From contig MGPE01000009.1 of the NCBI GenBank assembly GCA_001797335.1, forward strand, positions 246 through 64,245: DNA of 64,000 nucleotides, given 5' to 3'. A model generated the notes under the pieces. That model was not told the DNA's origin, did no database searches, and saw only the letters and a program-made list of their open reading frames with translations. Position 1 is the first letter of the stretch. Each line of letters opens with the position of its first letter. Source of the stretch: Deltaproteobacteria bacterium GWA2_38_16. GTDB taxonomy: Bacteria > Bdellovibrionota > JACOXK01 > 2-02-FULL-40-11. Made by a program: the position numbers and the translations under genes. Below are positions 12,832 through 23,195 of this stretch, piece after piece.

Positions 12832-14237
12832 TAAGCATCCTTACCAAAAGCTTCGATGAGGGCTACTACCACCTTATCCATACGCATCCCATGAGAGCCT
12901 TTGATTAATACTACTCCTGGATTTTTTATAAGCTCTTGTTTTAATTGAAGAATAAGCTCATTTTGATCTAATGTCCAAAATGATACACCTTTCTTCTTAT
13001 TTTTAACTTCTTTTATAATATACTGAGAAAGCAAACCAAAGGTCAATACATTATCAATGTTATTTTCCTCAATGATTCTACCAATTTCCCGATGATACTC
13101 AATTTCTTTAGCACCCAGCTCCAACATATCCCCCAATACGGCATAGGTTTGTTGATTTTTTGATATTTTTTTAAGCATTTGAATGGCTGCAGTCATTGAA
13201 TTTGGATTTGCATTGTAACTATCATCAATCAGGGTTACTCCCTTTTTTAATCGAATAAAGGTAGAACGACCAGAGGTGGGGATAAAAGATTCCATAGCTT
13301 TTTGAATATGAGAAACACGAATGCCAAAAGATAATGCCACAGTGACAGCCGCCAAAGCATTCATGGCGTTATGTTCTCCTGAAAGTGGAAGATGAAAGGT
13401 AACAGATTCTTTTTTTTGCTTTCCCCACTGACAGGTCATCTCTATTCCTTCTAATCCACACTCTTCTTTAATTTTTCCAAACACATGTGCTTTAGAATCT
13501 TTTAAACTATAGGTTATGACTTCACAGGTTAATTTTTTTTGATAGGGTTTTAAATATGGGTCATCCATATTAATAAATGCTTTTCCTTTTTTGGGGAGTG
13601 CTTCTAAGAGCGCTCCTTTCGCATGGGCAATGGTACTTAAAGATTTCATGGTTAAAAGATGGGCCCTTCCAATATTGGTAATAAGTCCTGCGGTGGGATG
13701 AGCAATTTGACACAGCCTTTTAATTTCAAAGGGAATCGACATCCCCATTTCTAAAAGGGCAAGGGTGTGTGAGGTATTTAACCCAAAAATAGTAAAGGGA
13801 AGCCCAATGAGGTTATTTAAATTTCCCTCGGTTTTTAACACTTTAAATTGAGTTTCCAAAAGATGGGCTATTAAATCCTTGGTGGTTGTTTTTCCATTAG
13901 ATCCGGTAATACCGATGATAGGAATTAAGAATTTTTTTCGATGAAAAAGAGCCAATTGCCCCAATGCTTTTAGGGTATCTGGTACCACAAAAAATATTTT
14001 AGTGGGAAACTCTTTGGGATTATATTTTCCTTTTTGAACAATGGCTGCTTTTACTCCTTTTTCAAAGACTTCTTTTAAAAAAGAATGCCCATCAAATCGT
14101 TCCCCTTGAATAGCAATAAAAATTTGAGAGGGATCAATGGTTTTAGAATGTTGAGAAATACTGTCAAAAGATAAAGCGGTTTTAGGTCCTAAACGTTTGG
14201 CTTTGGTTGCCTTTAGGATTTCTTGAGTTGTAAACAT
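12831..14237 (-). CDS. murF: UDP-MurNAc-tripeptide--D-Ala-D-Ala ligase
   Basis: [40 protein letters not shown]. Confidence 0.97.
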   Translation of the reverse strand: MFTTQEILKATKAKRLGPKTALSFDSISQHSKTIDPSQIFIAIQGERFDGHSFLKEVFEKGVKAAIVQKGKYNPKEFPTKIFFVVPDTLKALGQLALFHRKKFLIPIIGITGSNGKTTTKDLIAHLLETQFKVLKTEGNLNNLIGLPFTIFGLNTSHTLALLEMGMSIPFEIKRLCQIAHPTAGLITNIGRAHLLTMKSLSTIAHAKGALLEALPKKGKAFINMDDPYLKPYQKKLTCEVITYSLKDSKAHVFGKIKEECGLEGIEMTCQWGKQKKESVTFHLPLSGEHNAMNALAAVTVALSFGIRVSHIQKAMESFIPTSGRSTFIRLKKGVTLIDDSYNANPNSMTAAIQMLKKISKNQQTYAVLGDMLELGAKEIEYHREIGRIIEENNIDNVLTFGLLSQYIIKEVKNKKKGVSFWTLDQNELILQLKQELIKNPGVVLIKGSHGMRMDKVVVALIEAFGKDA

Positions 14238-15691
14238 ATGGCCTCATGTGCAACTTCTCGATCATCAAAATGAATTTTTGTTTTTCCTAAAATTTGGTAA
14301 TCCTCATGCCCTTTTCCAGCGATTAAAATAATATCTTTGGGTTTAGCTAGGGCAATGGCTTTTTGAATGGCACGCTTTCGATCTATTTCCACACTATAAT
14401 TTTTTTGAGTAAATCCTCCTAAAATTTCTTCAATAATTTTTTGTGGCTCTTCAGTTCTAGGATTATCAGAGGTTACAATTACCTGATTGCTAAAATTTTC
14501 GGCGGCTTTAGCCATCAGTGGCCGTTTTTTTCGATCGCGATCTCCTCCGCATCCAAAAACCGTAATAATTCTATTTTTCTTTAACTTTTGAAGGGCTTGG
14601 CCTACGTTTTTTAGCGCATCATCGGTATGTGCATAATCGACCAGCACCAAATAGGGTTGGCCAGCATCTACCCGCTCAAGCCTTCCTGGAACCCTTTTTA
14701 AATTCCACACCCCTTGCTCAATAATTTTTTGAGAAATACCTAAAGCGCTGGCTACTCCTATAACTCCTATAATATTGGATAAATTATGTTCTCCTAAAAG
14801 CTGAGAACGAATAGAAAATATTTTTTCTCCTACCTTTATTTCCGCTTTTAACCCTTCCAAATTAAATTCAAAACTTTTTACAACGATATCAGCCCCCGTA
14901 GAATGAGTGGTAAAGCACTGGGCTACTTGTTTATTTTTTTTAAGTTCTTCATATAATTTTACTCCGTAAGGATCATCGATATTAATAATGGAAGTAGGCA
15001 TTTTTTTTTGACTGTGTTTTAAAAGATCTAAAAATAATCTTTTTTTCGACGAAAAATAATCATTAAAATCCTTATGAAAATCTAAATGATCTTGGGTTAA
15101 ATTGGTAAAAAGCCCCACATTAAAGTGGCTTCCATCCACCCGTTTTAATTTTAAGGCATGAGACGATACTTCCATAACCACGTGCCCTACTCCTTCTTTT
15201 TTCATGTCATAGAGCATTTTTTGAAAATCTAAGGATTCAGGTGTGGTATTAGGAGCAGGGATTTCTTTTCCCCCATATCGGTAATTAACAGTCCCAATGA
15301 CGCCCGGATTAAATCCAGCTTCTTTAAAGATAGATTCTAAAATATAGGTAGAAGTTGTCTTTCCATTCGTCCCCGTCACGCCTACTAACACTAAATTTTT
15401 TGTGGGATGGCCAAAAAATTCACACGATAACAGGGCCAAGGCTTCCCGGGTATCTGGGACAATAATTTGAATAATGCCTGGAGAGATATCTTGTTTTTTT
15501 TGAACCACAACAGCTTTAATACCCTTTTTAACAACATCATTGATATACTGGTGTCCATCGCAAACAAATCCTGGAACAGCCACGTATAAAGAAGAGGGAG
15601 TTACGGTTCTTGAATCTGCCGTTAAATGTTGAATTTCGATATCTTTATTTATTTTAACTTTTAAACTTCGAATAAGTGTAGAAAGTTTCAT
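14213..15691 (-). CDS. murE: UDP-MurNAc-dipeptide--meso-DAP ligase
   Basis: TGTNGKTT, MEVSSH, DHLDFH, DYAHT, DNPR (meso-DAP specificity motif), AGKGHE. Confidence 0.98.
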   Translation of the reverse strand: MKLSTLIRSLKVKINKDIEIQHLTADSRTVTPSSLYVAVPGFVCDGHQYINDVVKKGIKAVVVQKKQDISPGIIQIIVPDTREALALLSCEFFGHPTKNLVLVGVTGTNGKTTSTYILESIFKEAGFNPGVIGTVNYRYGGKEIPAPNTTPESLDFQKMLYDMKKEGVGHVVMEVSSHALKLKRVDGSHFNVGLFTNLTQDHLDFHKDFNDYFSSKKRLFLDLLKHSQKKMPTSIINIDDPYGVKLYEELKKNKQVAQCFTTHSTGADIVVKSFEFNLEGLKAEIKVGEKIFSIRSQLLGEHNLSNIIGVIGVASALGISQKIIEQGVWNLKRVPGRLERVDAGQPYLVLVDYAHTDDALKNVGQALQKLKKNRIITVFGCGGDRDRKKRPLMAKAAENFSNQVIVTSDNPRTEEPQKIIEEILGGFTQKNYSVEIDRKRAIQKAIALAKPKDIILIAGKGHEDYQILGKTKIHFDDREVAHEAICLQLKKS

Positions 15692-17751
15692 TATGGAGAA
15701 TGTGTTTTAAATGTCACACTACATTTTTGTCCTGCTTGTAAAGCACTTCCTACTTTTAAAGACTGTTCTACGGCTACCCCACTGCCTTTAACAGTTAAAA
15801 TAAGCCCTGCTTGGCGTGCAAACTCTAGTACTTCTCGCATGGATTTACCGCGAAGATCTGGCATCTGAGAAGGGTTCTGGTCTACTCTTCGAGACACGCT
15901 ATCAAATTTCCCTGCGAGAAATTTGCGCTCCCTCTCGGACTCGCTCCCCTCAGGGACAAGTCCCTTCGGGACCATGCCCGCTCGTCCTGCGAGAGGGTCT
16001 CTTAGAATAGACCAGAACCCTTCTCTTGTAACAGTATCTTCTTCGGTGCCACCCACCCACCTGCTTGGAAAAAGTCGTAACGTATGCAACGCCACGGATT
16101 TAAATAAGGGCGCAGCCACTTGGCTTGCATAATAATATTTTTTAGGTTCATCGATTAAGACTAAAATCGTAAATTTTTCCCCTTTATGATCAGCCGGGGT
16201 AAATCCCAAAAAAGAAGCTAAAAATTTATTCGGATAATAGCCCCCCCGTTCTAAGTTTGGTTTTTGGGCGGTCCCTGTTTTCCCAGCCACCGCATATTCA
16301 TCTAAAGCGGCCAAATATCCCGTCCCATCTTCTTCTATCACCCTCATAAGTATTGCGGTTAGCTTTTGAGATACCTCCTGGGTAATCACTTGTCTTAAAA
16401 TTTGTGGCTCTGTCTCTTTTATTTCTCCTGTTTCACTTTCAATAATCTTTTTTACCACAAATGGCCGCATGAGTTTTCCACCATTGGCAATAGCCGACAT
16501 AGCAGAAATAAGTTGAATGGGCGTTACAGAAATTCCTTGTCCAAAAGCTATATTGCTTACATCAATTTTTTCCCATGTTTTAAAAGGCCGAATAATGCCA
16601 GATGCCTCACCAGGCACATCAATACCCGTTTTATTTCCAAATCCAAACTCTAATATTTTTCGATGGAATGGAATTTTCCCTAATTGAAGCGCTACTTTTG
16701 CAGCCCCAATGTTACTTGAATATTTAAGAACATCCGCTAAGGTTAGCCATCCATATTTGTGTTTTTGTGCTTCTCGAATAGAATCTTTGCTATTCACCTG
16801 AAAGTGTCCATTTTCACAAAAAAATTGTTCTGAGGGCAAAATTCCTTCTTCTAGAGCTAGCGCTGTTAAAAAAACTTTAAAAGTAGATCCAGGTTCCACA
16901 CTTTCTGTCACCGCTTGATTTTTCCATACAGATTCAGGATATTTTTTAAACTCATTGGGATTAAAATAGGGATACTGGGCTAAAGATAAAATTTCTCCCG
17001 TTATGCTATTTTGAACAATAGCTAATCCCCGACGTGCTTGAAACTTATGAACCTGATTTTCCAGTTCTCTTTCAATAAAAAACTGTAAAGATTTATCTAA
17101 AGATAAAATAAGAGAATTCCCCTCTTGTGCTTCTAAAAACTGAGTTTCATCCACAGAGATGGTTCTTCCCCGGGCATCTCTCATTAAGGCTAAAGATTTT
17201 TTTTGCCCCTGAAGAATAGCATCGTACCCATATTCCAAGCCTTCGATTCCTTGCGAATCAATCCCTGTCATTCCTAAAAGTTGTCCCGCCAATTCTTGAT
17301 TATTATAAAATCGCTGATACTCATAAATAATGCCCACGCCTTCCAAAGGGTGTTGAGTCAGTTTCGCCGTCACAGAATCATTCACTAACCGATCAATCCA
17401 CACAAAAGATTTTTTAGATTTTAACTTTGAATAGATTTTAGAATAAGAAATCCCCGTAAGATGACTTAATTTTTGAGCCATCTGTTTAGAATTTCGAATC
17501 GTTTTAGGATTAGCAAAAATGGAGCCCACCTTGCGACTCATGGCCAACTCATTCATATTCCGATCGTAAATAACCCCTCTTTTAGGAAAAAGGGTAATGG
17601 CAGCGCGATATTGACGTGAGGCTAATTCCAAAAGCCTTTGATTGGGAACCATTTGAAGTTGCAGAGCTCGTCCAACGATAAAAAGAAAGAAAAAGATCCC
17701 AATAAAAAAAATAATGAGTACTCGAAATCGTAAAAATCCCAAATGAATCAT
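15691..17751 (-). CDS. ftsI: divisome transpeptidase FtsI/PBP3 with C-terminal PASTA domain, carrying an in-frame palindromic insertion
   Basis: RGVIYDRN, EPGSTFK (SxxK), SSN, KTGTAQK; PASTA-like MPDLRGKSMREV. Confidence 0.97.
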   Translation of the reverse strand: MIHLGFLRFRVLIIFFIGIFFFLFIVGRALQLQMVPNQRLLELASRQYRAAITLFPKRGVIYDRNMNELAMSRKVGSIFANPKTIRNSKQMAQKLSHLTGISYSKIYSKLKSKKSFVWIDRLVNDSVTAKLTQHPLEGVGIIYEYQRFYNNQELAGQLLGMTGIDSQGIEGLEYGYDAILQGQKKSLALMRDARGRTISVDETQFLEAQEGNSLILSLDKSLQFFIERELENQVHKFQARRGLAIVQNSITGEILSLAQYPYFNPNEFKKYPESVWKNQAVTESVEPGSTFKVFLTALALEEGILPSEQFFCENGHFQVNSKDSIREAQKHKYGWLTLADVLKYSSNIGAAKVALQLGKIPFHRKILEFGFGNKTGIDVPGEASGIIRPFKTWEKIDVSNIAFGQGISVTPIQLISAMSAIANGGKLMRPFVVKKIIESETGEIKETEPQILRQVITQEVSQKLTAILMRVIEEDGTGYLAALDEYAVAGKTGTAQKPNLERGGYYPNKFLASFLGFTPADHKGEKFTILVLIDEPKKYYYASQVAAPLFKSVALHTLRLFPSRWVGGTEEDTVTREGFWSILRDPLAGRAGMVPKGLVPEGSESERERKFLAGKFDSVSRRVDQNPSQMPDLRGKSMREVLEFARQAGLILTVKGSGVAVEQSLKVGSALQAGQKCSVTFKTHSP
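15867..16025. mobile_element. MITE/RPE-like palindromic element inserted in frame in ftsI
   Basis: Terminal inverted repeats at 15867-15895 and 15997-16025 (26/29 match). 159 bp = 53 codons, GC-rich relative to the flanks, internal hairpin GTCCC-TTC-GGGAC at 15960-15972. Confidence 0.8.
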
Positions 17752-17761
17752 AGATGAAAAA

Positions 17762-18115
17762 TCATTTCATATAAATGACTTGATGTTGTGATGGATCTTT
17801 TAATTTTAACTGATTTTTTGCCAAATAAGAAAGCCTGGAAGGAGACATTAGAGTCGCCAGTTCCACTTTAAACCGTTCATTTTTTAAATAGAGCCTTTTT
17901 TCTTCTTTAGAAGCTTCTAAAATAGCGTAATTTAATCTCACCACTTCAAGTCTACTCCATACATAAAATAATACTGTTCCAGTTAAAAGAATCCCCAGCA
18001 TCATCAGCGTTCCTAGCCCTCGCAATAAAGCTTTTTTATCAGTAATCACCGGACGTTTTTGAGAAAGTAAAAAATGTTGCTGCTGATTTCGCCTTTTTAT
18101 TTTTTGTGGTCTCAT
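17762..18115 (-). CDS. ftsL: cell division protein FtsL
   Basis: Small protein with one TM and a coiled coil ending LATLMSPSRL...A...L, between rsmH and ftsI. Confidence 0.88.
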   Translation of the reverse strand: MRPQKIKRRNQQQHFLLSQKRPVITDKKALLRGLGTLMMLGILLTGTVLFYVWSRLEVVRLNYAILEASKEEKRLYLKNERFKVELATLMSPSRLSYLAKNQLKLKDPSQHQVIYMK

Positions 18116-19038
18116 CACTTAACTCTTTCAATCACTCTTAATTTTGCACTCCGAGATCTTGGATTTTTCCTAATTTCTTCATCAGATGGTACAGCTGGTT
18201 TTTGAGTGATGCGTTTTCCAACAGGCTTTTTTCCACACACACACTTTGGAAAATCCGAAGGACAAGTACACGGATTTTCAAAACTATAAAAGGTTTGTTT
18301 TACAATTCTATCTTCCAAAGAATGAAAACTAATAACACCTAGCCTTCCTCCCTCTTTCAAACACTGAAAAATATCTTTTAAGGCTTGATCCAATCCCTCT
18401 AATTCTTCATTGACAGCGATTCGAAGCGCTTGAAAGACACGGGTTGCCGGGTGGATCGATTGCCCCCATCGAGGGGAAATTTCACAAATCAAATTTGAAA
18501 GCTGAAGGGTTGTTTGAATAGGGTCCTTTTTTCGTCTTTGACAAATGGCTTTTGCAATTTGACGACTTAATCTTTCTTCTCCAAATTGAAAAAAAATATC
18601 TGCTAATTTTTCTTCTGAAAGTGTATTTACAATATCAAAAGCTTTTTCTTTTTGGGAGCTATCCATCCTCATATCCAAAGGGCCTTCTTGCTGAAAACTA
18701 AATCCTCTCTCACTATCCGCCAATTGAAAAGAAGAAAAACCTAAATCCAGTAAAGCTCCCTGAAATTTTTGTACTGGAAATTTTTTCTTCATCGTCATAA
18801 TATCTTTAAAATTTCCTTTATAGAGATACAGTCTCTTATTAAGTTCTTCTTTAAATTTTTTTTTTACTTCTTCTAATGCTTTTTTATCCCGATCAATGCC
18901 AATCACTCTAATAGAAGGGGCTATTTTTAAAATTGCTTTTGTATGTCCCCCCAGCCCTACCGTTCCATCCAAATAAATACCTTTTTCTTTAACTCCCAAT
19001 AATTGAATCACTTCATTCACTAAGACTGGCTCATGCAT
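18115..19038 (-). CDS. rsmH: 16S rRNA m4C1402 methyltransferase RsmH (MraW)
   Basis: HEPVL, DGTVGLGGH, DLGFSS, LDMRMD, FQALRIAVN, SFHSLEDR, NPRSRSAKLR. Confidence 0.99.
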   Translation of the reverse strand: MHEPVLVNEVIQLLGVKEKGIYLDGTVGLGGHTKAILKIAPSIRVIGIDRDKKALEEVKKKFKEELNKRLYLYKGNFKDIMTMKKKFPVQKFQGALLDLGFSSFQLADSERGFSFQQEGPLDMRMDSSQKEKAFDIVNTLSEEKLADIFFQFGEERLSRQIAKAICQRRKKDPIQTTLQLSNLICEISPRWGQSIHPATRVFQALRIAVNEELEGLDQALKDIFQCLKEGGRLGVISFHSLEDRIVKQTFYSFENPCTCPSDFPKCVCGKKPVGKRITQKPAVPSDEEIRKNPRSRSAKLRVIERVK

Positions 19039-19089
19039 TTCATTGAAATCATATCACTTTTCGGCATATTCTCCAAAATTCTTTAACGT

Positions 19090-19114
19090 GTCATCCCCAC
19101 GAAAGCGAGGATCT
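19090..19114 (+). repeat. REP-like hairpin (GTCATCCCCRCGAAAGCGRGGATCY family)
   Basis: GTCATCCCCACGAAAGCGAGGATCT; reverse complement of the copy at 52222 with 2 mismatches. Confidence 0.75.
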
Positions 19115-19211
19115 CTCACTAGAATCTATATATAGTGTATATTAAATTTTATAACGCAAGATATAGCACTTGATTGCAACTTTTCTTCACGATACAGCTA
19201 TGATTACATCT

Positions 19212-20873
19212 ATGAAAATCGCGTATATCTATGATGCTATTTACCCTTATATAAAAATTCTTCCTTGCCTAAAAAAAGATATTTCTCCTTTTCTCTCAGG
19301 CTTATTTGGAGCTATCTTAGGAGGTTCATTTTTTCTATTACTATTTGATTTTTCTTTATTAAATCCCTTGAATATCGAGTGGCTGATGGGCGATCAAGGA
19401 GACATAACACAATCTTTTCTGGGGTGGCATTTCTTTAGAAATAGTGAATGGACATTTCCACTAGGCAAGATTTTGCAATACAATTTTCCGCAAGGTACTT
19501 CAATTGGTTTCACTGATTCAATACCTTTTTTAGCTTTATTATTTAAGACTATGAATCCACTCCTTTCAGATTCGTTTCAATATCTAGGTCCTTGGTTGTT
19601 CTTTTGTTATATTTTACAAGGCTTCACATCTGCTTTGCTCATTAGGGCTCATTGTAAAAATGTCGTGCTCATAATTCTGGGAACTCTTTTTTTTGTTATA
19701 AATCCAGTACTCCTTAATAGAATAGGTCATGTAGCGCTAGTTGGACATTGGATTTTATTAGCGGCTTTATGGTTTTATTCATCTTTAAAAACCTTCCAAA
19801 CAAAAAAATATTTTTCTTTTTGGTTGATTCTCTTCTTCTTTAGCTGTGGAACACACCCCTATTTAACTATTATGGTATTTTGCTTATTCTTAGCCCATAA
19901 TTTTCATCTTAAAATCATTGATAAAAATTATTTAATAAAACAACTACTTTTGAATCATGTTTTTTTTATTTTCATAATTTTGATTCTATGGTGGAATTTT
20001 GGCTATTTCTCTCGAGGATATGGCGTTTCAAATTATACAGCTGAAGGTTATGGCTATTTTTCACTAAATCTAAATGCATTGTTTAATTTTCATTCTTCAT
20101 CTCTCTTTAAGGGATTACCTTACGCAACAAAAGGTCAGTACGAGGGCTTCAGTTACTTAGGTCTGGGCGGCATTATTTTATGCATATTATCTTTTCTAGC
20201 TCTCATTTCAAAACCAGGGCTAAAACAATATCTAAAGAAACATTCTCCTTTAATTGCAGTTTGTATCATTCTAACCTTATATGCCCTAAGTCACAAAATC
20301 ACATTTGGAGATAAAGTCTTAATAAACATCCCCTTACCCTCTTTTCTAGGTGATTTTTTTTCGATATTTAGAAGCAGCGGCCGTTTTTTTTGGGTTCCTT
20401 ATTATATACTTCTTACAATACCTTTTTTTATTTTAGCGGAAAGACTTAAATTGAGCTTTATGATTTTAATTCTAATTTTTACACTATGTCTGCAAGTTCT
20501 AGACTTGAAACAACTCTATCAGCAAAAAACATTTACTAAAAGATGGAGCTACACATTAGTGTCCCATGAATGGGAAACATTGGCTAAACAATATGAACAT
20601 ATTGTGCTCTTGCCCCCGAGAAAATGTGCTCATCCACCACAAATTCCAATACATGATCTTATTTTTTTTTCTGCCAAAAATCGTTTTTCACTTAATACAG
20701 GTCTTTATGCCCACCCATATATTGATTCTGAATATTGTAATTCACTGGTTCAATTAATTACAAATCACACTTTTGATTCAAAGACTCTTTATATTCCTGT
20801 TCCGAGATTATTAAGATTTCTTGACTTAAATTGTACAAAAATAGATGCCATATTAGTATGTAGAAAAATTTGA
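19212..20873 (+). CDS. multi-TM membrane protein, DUF6311-like / putative GT-C glycosyltransferase
   Basis: GWHFFRNSEWTFPLG, FTDSIP, QYLGPW, YEGFSYLGLG, FRSSGRFFW; about 12 TM segments. The first 15 aa duplicate the N-terminus of the downstream GT4. Confidence 0.65.
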   Translation: MKIAYIYDAIYPYIKILPCLKKDISPFLSGLFGAILGGSFFLLLFDFSLLNPLNIEWLMGDQGDITQSFLGWHFFRNSEWTFPLGKILQYNFPQGTSIGFTDSIPFLALLFKTMNPLLSDSFQYLGPWLFFCYILQGFTSALLIRAHCKNVVLIILGTLFFVINPVLLNRIGHVALVGHWILLAALWFYSSLKTFQTKKYFSFWLILFFFSCGTHPYLTIMVFCLFLAHNFHLKIIDKNYLIKQLLLNHVFFIFIILILWWNFGYFSRGYGVSNYTAEGYGYFSLNLNALFNFHSSSLFKGLPYATKGQYEGFSYLGLGGIILCILSFLALISKPGLKQYLKKHSPLIAVCIILTLYALSHKITFGDKVLINIPLPSFLGDFFSIFRSSGRFFWVPYYILLTIPFFILAERLKLSFMILILIFTLCLQVLDLKQLYQQKTFTKRWSYTLVSHEWETLAKQYEHIVLLPPRKCAHPPQIPIHDLIFFSAKNRFSLNTGLYAHPYIDSEYCNSLVQLITNHTFDSKTLYIPVPRLLRFLDLNCTKIDAILVCRKI

Positions 20874-20932
20874 TATTTCTTTAGACAATAAATTGCATTG
20901 ATGAATCATCATGCCATTATTATAGTTAGCCC

Positions 20933-21919
20933 ATGAAAATAGCATATATCTATGATGCCATTTATCCCTATATTAAAGGGGGAGTTGAAAAAAGAATTTA
21001 TGGTGAAGCACAAAAACAAGCAGGGCTTGGAAATGAAGTTCATATCTATGGCTACCAATATTGGGAAAGCCCCTCTGTAAAAAAAGAAAATAATATTACT
21101 TATCATGGCTTAATTAAAGCACCTCCCTTGGCCACAAAAACAGGAAAAAGAAGCTTAAAAGGATTATTTTCTTACAATTATTTTTTGGTCTACTCTCTTT
21201 TAAAAAATAACTACGATACAATTGAATGCCAAAACATTCCCTATCTTCCCATTTTTATTTGCTTCTTCATTAGTTTTATTAAAAAAACAAGAATCCAGGT
21301 TGTTTGGCATGAAATTTTGGGACATCATTGGTTTTCTTTTTATCCCATACTTGGATTTTTGGGGTTTTTAATAGAAAAAATGGCTTTAACTTTACCTTTA
21401 GAACACATCGCCATTTCAAACTTTATATTCCAAAAAATTCCCTCAAAAAATAAAAAATTAATCTCTTTTTACCCAAATCAAGATGAAATTTTTCATGCCC
21501 CTACTCTAAATGACCATTTTGATATCATCTTTGCTGGACGATTTGTTCGCCACAAACAACCAGAACTTCTGATTCAAACCCTGGACATGTTAGCTCAGAA
21601 AAATTTTTATCCTAAAACACTTTTTATTGGCGAAGGTCCTTTAAAGTCTCAGGTTCAAGCTGTAGCTCAAGAAAAGAAATTAAAAAATGTTCAATTTATT
21701 AATTTTGTGCCTAATATTTATTCTTATCTTAAATCCACAAAGCTTCTGGTTCTACCTTCTTTAAGAGAAGGATGTAGCTTTTTAACACTGGAAAGCCAAG
21801 CCTGTAATGCAAAAGTTATTACCATCGATGCACCCCTTAACGCTGCCAAAACACTCACCCCCTATGTGTGTAAAAATAGCCCTCAAGATCTCGCTACAAA
21901 AATTATGGAAAATTATTAA
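20933..21919 (+). CDS. glycosyltransferase family 4
   Basis: MKIAYIY...GGVE, FAGRFVRHK, PSLREGCSFLTLE (E-x7-E). Confidence 0.9.
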   Translation: MKIAYIYDAIYPYIKGGVEKRIYGEAQKQAGLGNEVHIYGYQYWESPSVKKENNITYHGLIKAPPLATKTGKRSLKGLFSYNYFLVYSLLKNNYDTIECQNIPYLPIFICFFISFIKKTRIQVVWHEILGHHWFSFYPILGFLGFLIEKMALTLPLEHIAISNFIFQKIPSKNKKLISFYPNQDEIFHAPTLNDHFDIIFAGRFVRHKQPELLIQTLDMLAQKNFYPKTLFIGEGPLKSQVQAVAQEKKLKNVQFINFVPNIYSYLKSTKLLVLPSLREGCSFLTLESQACNAKVITIDAPLNAAKTLTPYVCKNSPQDLATKIMENY

Positions 21920-23184
21920 TGTTCACACTATTTTCCATAAAAAAACTAATAATAAACATTGTGCTATGCTCGACCACTTTCTTATTTATTTTTTGCTTAA
22001 TTGAAACGACACTACATATATTTAAATATCCAAAATATGCTTATGAAAACGTTCAACAAGAAAGAGTCAAGCTTATTCAAACAATACTCAACTTAAAAAA
22101 GAATGGACTTAAAGCCTATCCTCGCTTATCCCCAGAGTTTATTCGATCACAATCTCAAAAAGAAGATGAACTATTTTTATCTAATATCGGAAATGTTTTT
22201 ATTATTGGTAATGAAGAAGATGATGGTCGACTTATCACTAAAACAGATAAATATGGTTTTAGAAATCCAGTAGATATATATGATAAGCACTCAAATTTTG
22301 ATATTTTCTTATTAGGAGAATCCCATACAGCTGGAGATGAGGTTCCAGATGGATACACACCATCAGATCTGCTTCGTAAAAAAATAAATTACTTAGTTTA
22401 TAATGCAGGCATGGGTGGATCTGGCCTATTACATCAAATGGCCATTTTTTTAAAATATGGTTTACCTAAAAAACCAAAAAATGTTGTCCTTACCATCGTA
22501 GAAGGACTAACATTAAATAGAGGTTACAAAGAACTATCTGATAATCATCTCGTTCATTGGATCAATAACTTTAAACCGGATTATAGCAATATAGATCTAT
22601 CTATAGATTCAAATAAAAAAGATCACCTCTTGAAAGATGCAACCTTGGAATTATCTTCAAACTACGAATTATCTTTATTAACTCACACTAACAATGATCC
22701 CCCTCATTTAAGATTACCCTCACATTGGCCTTATTTGCACAATTCATTTAGAATATTTAGATTTCTAAATTTATATTTTGCTAAGTCTAGTGAATTTGAA
22801 GGATATCCGGCATGCCTCAAAATACAAGAGGGGAAAAAATTAATTTCAGGCATATTTCATAATATAAAAACAATGGTTTCTACTTATGACGGCCATTTTA
22901 CAGTTGTATATCTCCCCAGTTCAAGATGGTTATATCCAAAAAACCAATGGCCAGAATGTGAGAGAGAAATGATTTCTTCCACATCTAAAGAAATGGATAT
23001 TATGTATTTGGATCTTGTGGAAAAATTTTCCAATCTAAATAATCCAAAAGATCTCTATGCCCACGTACATTTTTTTATACATCTCAATAATAGCTATGGG
23101 CACCTAAATCGTGCTGGTTATGATTTCGCAACAAACCAACTTATTTCTTTTTTAAGTTCCAATCCCAATTCAAAAAAACAATAA
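21919..23184 (+). CDS. membrane-anchored SGNH/AlgX-like protein (putative glycan acetyl-esterase/transferase)
   Basis: N-terminal TM, YGFRN, LGESHTAG (GDS-like block I), YNAGMGG, GHLNRAGY. Confidence 0.65.
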   Translation: MFTLFSIKKLIINIVLCSTTFLFIFCLIETTLHIFKYPKYAYENVQQERVKLIQTILNLKKNGLKAYPRLSPEFIRSQSQKEDELFLSNIGNVFIIGNEEDDGRLITKTDKYGFRNPVDIYDKHSNFDIFLLGESHTAGDEVPDGYTPSDLLRKKINYLVYNAGMGGSGLLHQMAIFLKYGLPKKPKNVVLTIVEGLTLNRGYKELSDNHLVHWINNFKPDYSNIDLSIDSNKKDHLLKDATLELSSNYELSLLTHTNNDPPHLRLPSHWPYLHNSFRIFRFLNLYFAKSSEFEGYPACLKIQEGKKLISGIFHNIKTMVSTYDGHFTVVYLPSSRWLYPKNQWPECEREMISSTSKEMDIMYLDLVEKFSNLNNPKDLYAHVHFFIHLNNSYGHLNRAGYDFATNQLISFLSSNPNSKKQ

Positions 23185-23195
23185 CCTATTTTTCA

